A stretch of DNA of 64,000 nt from Fistulifera solaris (Eukaryota): NCBI GenBank assembly GCA_030295235.1, contig AP026137.1, positions 124,001-188,000 on the forward strand, given 5' to 3'. Both the position numbers and the translations under genes were made by a program. Position 1 is the first letter of the stretch. Each line of letters starts with the position of its first letter. The notes beneath the pieces were generated by a model, which worked only from the letters and a program-made list of their open reading frames with translations, had not been told where the DNA came from and searched no databases. Positions 58,971 to 64,000 of the stretch are shown piece by piece.

Positions 58971-60527
58971 TTATATGCGTGCAGATCCCCCTTTTCCTCC
59001 AGCTTTTCCGCCCTTTCCGCTGGATTTACTTGAATGATGGGCATGCCCTTTTCCACCTGAGCCCCCCTTTCCGCCGGAACCTCCTTTACCACTGGAGCCA
59101 CCTTTTCCGCCGGAACCTCCTTTACCACTGGAGCCACCTTTTCCGCCGGAACCTCCTTTACCGCTGGAGCCTCCTTTACCACTGGAGCCTCCTTTTCCGC
59201 TCGAACCGCCCTTTCCTTTTCCACCGGAACCTCCTTTACCACTGGAGCCTCCTTTTCCGCTTGAACCGCCCTTTCCTTTTCCACTGGAGCCTTCTTTTCC
59301 TTTTCCAGACTTGCTCTTCGAGATCTTGGACATTTTCCCGCTGTATTGTCTGCTCTTCTTCTTGGTCTGACTGGTGCTTCCACGGCCTTCCAAGGCGCCA
59401 CTATCGTAACTCTCGTGGCTGTCATCCTCCGTGTCATCCTCCGTGTCGACGGAGTTGTTGGTACTTTCACGTTTTCCGGAAACAGGAGGAACGGGTGAAG
59501 CAGGCATGGCAGCAACGGGTGACCTTGTCGGTGAGACCACGGGGCTCGCAACGGGTGGTGCGACGGGACTTGCAACCGGTAGGGACATGGGGCTCGCAAC
59601 GGGCGGATCTACGGGCACAATGTCAGGAACAGGAGGAGCTACCGGACTTCTTGTCGGAACAGGCACCGGAGCTGTTGGTACAGGCACCGGAGCTGTGGGA
59701 GCAGGAACCGGCGCTACAGGGGGTAGCAACTGGGGCATCCGTTCGTGGAACTACAGGGGCTTCCGTCGGGGTGGCGACAGGTGCGACCGGGCTACCTGTT
59801 GGAGCGCTGGTTCTCAAAACGGTTGGAGCCATTGTTTCATTGACTCCGATAGGGCTAGCAGTAGGGAAATCGGTCGGAGGGGCAATCGGACACACAGCAA
59901 GAGGAGGGTCCCCTAGATCAGTCTGTCAGAGAGAGATGAAGTAGTGAGGTTTTCTGTCTGAGGTAACAATCAGCTTGCGGGACAAGTGGTAAGACTTACA
60001 AAGATGGTCCAGCCAATCGTTTGACCTTCCGTCAAAAGAGGAAAGATACCACAGTCATTATCGTAAAGAATACCCCAAGTGTTGATGATCGGTTGACCCT
60101 CGGCGTTGTTACCAACGATGGATACTTGGAATCCTCGTGGCAGTGTGACAGGGTTGATGAATTCAGGGGTCGAACGAACAATCGATGTGTATGTGACGAC
60201 GTCTCCATCGAAGTAAGGCCCCTCGTTGTAGATGACGATGCCGACGACGTCTTGAAACTGATCCAACTCCAAGATTTGAATCTCGGAAACTGTCACCGGC
60301 ACAAGATCGGTCACGTTCACGGTGTCGGGGAGACGAGTGGCGATCAAACAATCCTGATCAAAGATGCCTTCTCCTCCTACCGTTGTATCGTTACACACAA
60401 GTCCGAAGTCGAGAGTGAGCTCATAGGTTGAAGGCTGGCATGCGCAGAGATCTGTTCCGACTGCCTGACCCATGCTCGGTCGAGCCCATAAAGCGGCTGC
60501 CACAAGTAGCTGTAATTTTGATTTCAT
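58971..60527 (-). CDS. Secreted protein: CACQP N-domain, Pro/Thr/Ala/Val stalk, acidic patch, Gly/Lys/Ser repeat tail; exons 60527-60000 and 59922-58971
   Basis: Signal peptide, a 77-nt GTAAGT..CAG phase-0 intron, one frameshift at G5 59719-59723, and (GKGGS[S/G])n repeats. Confidence 0.82.
59050..59305 (-). repeat. Coding minisatellite, ~18-bp unit encoding GKGGS(S/G)
   Basis: Repeated CCTCCTTTACCACTGGAG / CCTTTTCCGCCGGAA units. Confidence 0.9.
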
Positions 60528-61025
60528 CGTGAATATTCCCCTTTCAAGTTAAAAGATCAAGCAATTTATGGTGCTGAGAGGTGAATGCTGAAATAGATTT
60601 GTGTTGTGTTCTCTCTTGTGTGATGAAGAGAAATACGACGAAGTTGTTGGGGACTTTCAAACAAGATGTTTTCAAAAAGTGGCGAGAAAATAATGCGGTC
60701 GACAAGAATCAATCCGATAACAATACAGTAAATAGTACAGTACGGAGGTTCTATCTTCGTAAAAGTGAACGTGATGCATAATCAGGACGCGCTACGACGT
60801 GACAGCTTTAAGAAAATTTCTTCACGATAGAAAAACAGTACCTAAATCTTAGACTTGTAAAGTAAAATCTTTGGCGTGAGCCACCAAAAGAATTCAAATC
60901 TTATCAAGTACACTATGATGGACTGTGGAGTGACAAAATTTTGGCAAGCATTATGTCCGTCAAGAAGAATGCTAACCTTAGTAGGCCATGGCATTAGCTA
61001 CAAAATTCTAGAGCGATGAAGTCCA

Positions 61026-61054
61026 TCATGAATCTAAACCATTTAGATTCATGA
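61026..61054. other. Perfect hairpin/palindrome, 13-bp arms and 3-nt loop
   Basis: TCATGAATCTAAA-CCA-TTTAGATTCATGA. Confidence 0.85.
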
Positions 61055-61316
61055 GTCCAGTGTCAAAGCATCCACAAAGCTAAAAGTTGCTCGTAAAGAA
61101 TACCCGTTAGTTGCTATGCATTACTAGCTCCAGAAAATTGTGATCAAACACACAGAATTTTAACAATCACTAAATGCCATGAGACTATAAATCATTGTGT
61201 AATCTTCCCGTCTGTGATGTGTCGCTCGTCCTGAAACTGTCAGGCGATGGGAAATCGCCAAGAGATATACAGGATTACCAAAAGGCTGTAGTAATCCATC
61301 TGGTCGCCACAGTAAC

Positions 61317-62903
61317 TTATGGACGAGGCTCCGGACATCCACTGGGGTATGCATAAGGGGCGTGAGGACCGACATGTAAATGTCTGTGAGTGGACCCTTT
61401 GCGATCAGAACCACGCCCCTTTCCGTTTGCGGCTTTGCTATCATGTTTCGAATCCTTCTTGGATGCCTTGTTCGCTCTTTTCTCTGAGAATGGGAGACGG
61501 TTTCCTGGCCTTCTCCTTCTTCGATTCCTTTTACGAGATGGCGATGCACTGTCATCGCGCTTTCTTCGTCGTCTTCTTCTCCGTCTTTCAGGGACATCGG
61601 AGGAGTCACTATTCCTCTTGCGTTTCATGGGAGCATCCGAGGTGTGTTCTGGCTTGCTTTGTCGGCGTGACATGGAACGATTGGGCGCTCGCTTCCCTCC
61701 AACTGGAGACGCCACGTCGGCATGGTTCGATTGCCGCTTTCCGCTAATTTCACAAGAGGGAGCAGCCGTCTTCTCAACACTGGGGCTCTTCGTTGAAACC
61801 GGGACAGGCACGGCAGTCACAAAGGGAGTCAGGGATGGAAGATCGGAAACAAGAGTAGGTGCACTTGTGGGGACGGATGCCGTCACCGGAGCAGACGTTG
61901 TTCCGCCAACGGGACTTTGCGTGGCGTCAACAGGCGCAGCGTTGGGCATCAAAACCGGAGCCGGCGTCCTCTCTGCCACGGGACTGACGGTAGTAGTAGC
62001 AGGAGCAGGTGTTATCGCTGCCATAGGACTCGCAGTCGTCGTAACCGGCGCGGGTGTTCTCTCTGCTACCGGGCTGCCGGTAGTCGTAGCAGGAGCTGGT
62101 GTTGCCGCTGGACTGACAGTCGTATTGGCCGGCACCATAGTGGCAATCGGAACTGGAGCCAAAGTTACCACGGGGCTCAAAGAAGGCATCGCTGGCGCCA
62201 CAACGGGAGCCTCCGTTCTCGTTACCGTTGGAACGATGGTAGTGACTTCGCTGGGCATCGAACTGACCAGCGGGCACAAGAGAGGCTCTACCGGTGGATC
62301 CCGTAGTTCGGTCTGAAAAGATAGAAAATGAGGAATGACTAGCAGTAATGCTTGAATGCGAGTCAAATGCACTTACAAATACCGTCCAGCCGATTCGTTG
62401 ACCGGCAGTGATTACGGGATGCACCGCACAATCGTTGGTGAATTCAATGGCCCACGTATTAATGATGGGTTCTCCCGCCGCATTTTGCCCCGTCGCAAAG
62501 ACCGACAAGGCACTGGGCAGACTCACGGCGTCAATAGCATCACTTAGCAAAAGGAAGTATAATTCAAAACATCCCCATCGACATAACCCTCCGCAAAGAG
62601 ATTTTGTCGCACAATGTTTCCTGCCTGATCCGTTTCAAAAAATTGTATTTCATTGATCATGGTGGGTACAAAGTCAGTCAGATTCGCGTCGGTCGACTTA
62701 TCGACCAAACAAGTCGTATCTTCGATCCCCGGTAGACCCGCCGCGATGGTCGCATCACTGCAAGTTAAATTGAATTGGAGACGAACGGAATACACGGCGG
62801 GCTGACAAGCACAAAGATCGACCCCAATCTGTTGGCCTGTAATGCTTGCAAGCAGCCAAGCGGCGCTGACAAGGATTCTTGTCAAGAATTCTCTTTGAAT
62901 CAT
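61317..62903 (-). CDS. Paralog of the 58971 gene: CACQP N-domain, Pro/Thr/Ala stalk, Arg/Lys/Ser-rich tail; exons 62903-62377 and 62312-61317
   Basis: IGVDLCACQP..GEPIINTWAI.F.NDC..GQRIGWTVF aligns to the neighbour. The 64-nt intron is at the identical position. One frameshift at A4 62549-62552. Confidence 0.8.
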
Positions 62904-63631
62904 GCTGCAGTTCGCTTTGCGGAAGTTGAATTGCGTTCCTTTGTGGGTAAATTACAAAGCGAGAATATAGCAAGAAAACGAATACAACTGGCTGGAAATA
63001 AGGCAGTCAAACACCCCGTTACAGAAACGTCTCCCTCTATTGTGCTGCTGTATCCAAAGTGTCTCTCTTCTCTTCAAAAGAGAGGTCGTAAGGACTTTAT
63101 TAGGAGGAATGAGGGTGGACTTTTGCACCCATTCATTCGAATGGAGGGTGCACGAAAATTACATACGGACTTATTTCGGTGCGCGTTGGTGGAGTTTACT
63201 CTTGGTTCACGGTCCACCGCGACGCTGTTTCCGTTGACGTAGGTGAAATTTTGGTGAGTTCGAACGGTACTTAAGGATGTGACATGCTCGAGTCTTTAAA
63301 TACAGAACACGAAATAACGCTCCTCTTCTAAGTATTCCAATATTTAGAGGAGCCGAATTCGATAGTGACCACCATAATACCCATTGCGTCACGAGTTTTC
63401 GTGATTGTGTTGCAACCAATAAGGATTTGATTATTTGCGAGATGTTGCGATGATGATGACTATAAACTACAAGTATTCTTCGTTTATCTCTCGTAATGGT
63501 TTACTTAAGTCATTCATAGCTTTCACATACTAGCGGGAACGCAAAACTTGCCTTGTCATGAGCAGCTGACGTTTTTGACCTAACAACAAAGAAAAGCCGA
63601 AAATTTAACGAACATTCCGACTCTTTACAGG

Positions 63632-64000
63632 ATGAGTGGGTCATGGACGCATCGCGTCGCCATGATATACAGTGTTTGCTGTATTGTGTTGGGACGGTTC
63701 TTGGCGTACAAGTATCTGTATCATCACAAAGAATGTGATATGACATGGTCACAACGTCGTTTTCTCGAGTTGCCTCTCTCGACGAATGAAACTCCCTATC
63801 GTTTGTTCAAATTCACCGACGCCCGTGATCTTCGATACCGCCCATTCTTTGCACACAACAACGGTAAAGTCACCAACCTTGAGGACAATTCGTGGTGTAA
63901 CAGTCACAACCATTCGGTTCCTGTCTTATTTGTTCCGGGCCACGCGGGAGATTACCAACAAGCCCGGAGTTTGGGAGCTCATGCCGTACACATGACGGGA
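63632..64000 (+). CDS. 5' part of a PGAP1-like (GPI inositol-deacylase) alpha/beta hydrolase; runs off the window end
   Basis: An open frame not in the ORF track: hydrophobic segment, ECDMTW, PYRLFKF and VPVLFVPGHAGDYQQARSLG, matching the PGAP1 PVLFIPGNAGSYKQVRS motif. Confidence 0.8.
   Translation, partial: MSGSWTHRVAMIYSVCCIVLGRFLAYKYLYHHKECDMTWSQRRFLELPLSTNETPYRLFKFTDARDLRYRPFFAHNNGKVTNLEDNSWCNSHNHSVPVLFVPGHAGDYQQARSLGAHAVHMTG

Noticed and set aside
1..64000. tRNA, rRNA or other structured RNA genes
   Set aside because: None recognised by eye. A covariance-model search would be needed to exclude small ones.

Overview
This is eukaryotic, gene-dense DNA with short GT-AG introns, almost certainly from a diatom. 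The evidence is bipartite plastid-targeting N-termini (AAAF/VQGW/CDAW), RxL motifs in secreted proteins and a CRE-type retrotransposon. The expanded 'LLSRNRNI' family resembles hypothetical proteins I associate with the pennate Fistulifera; that assignment is inference and unverified. Layout: (1) 0-22.5 kb holds a birth-and-death array of about 12 copies and relics of one uncharacterised ~500-aa, probably RNI/LRR-like family, interrupted by a siderophore-binding-type gene, a small secreted protein and a MORN protein. (2) 23-27 kb holds small hypothetical genes, RPL26 and a plastid RRM protein. (3) 27.7-42.3 kb holds five BspA/DUF285 surface-repeat genes built from alternating A/B 25-aa repeats, a second siderophore-binding paralog, and a 5'-truncated CRE-like element with a 55-nt poly(A) next to the truncated end of one BspA gene. 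(4) 42.5-64 kb holds a DCC oxidoreductase, a head-to-head gene pair with 1099-bp apparently identical inverted arms, SHPRH, an ICMT/PEMT-family methyltransferase, a tandem PI-PLC-X protein, two paralogous mucin-stalk secreted proteins with basic tails and the start of a PGAP1-like gene. Many frameshifts, including several in SHPRH, are +/-1 errors in homopolymers, so the sequence probably has indel errors and pseudogene calls need caution.
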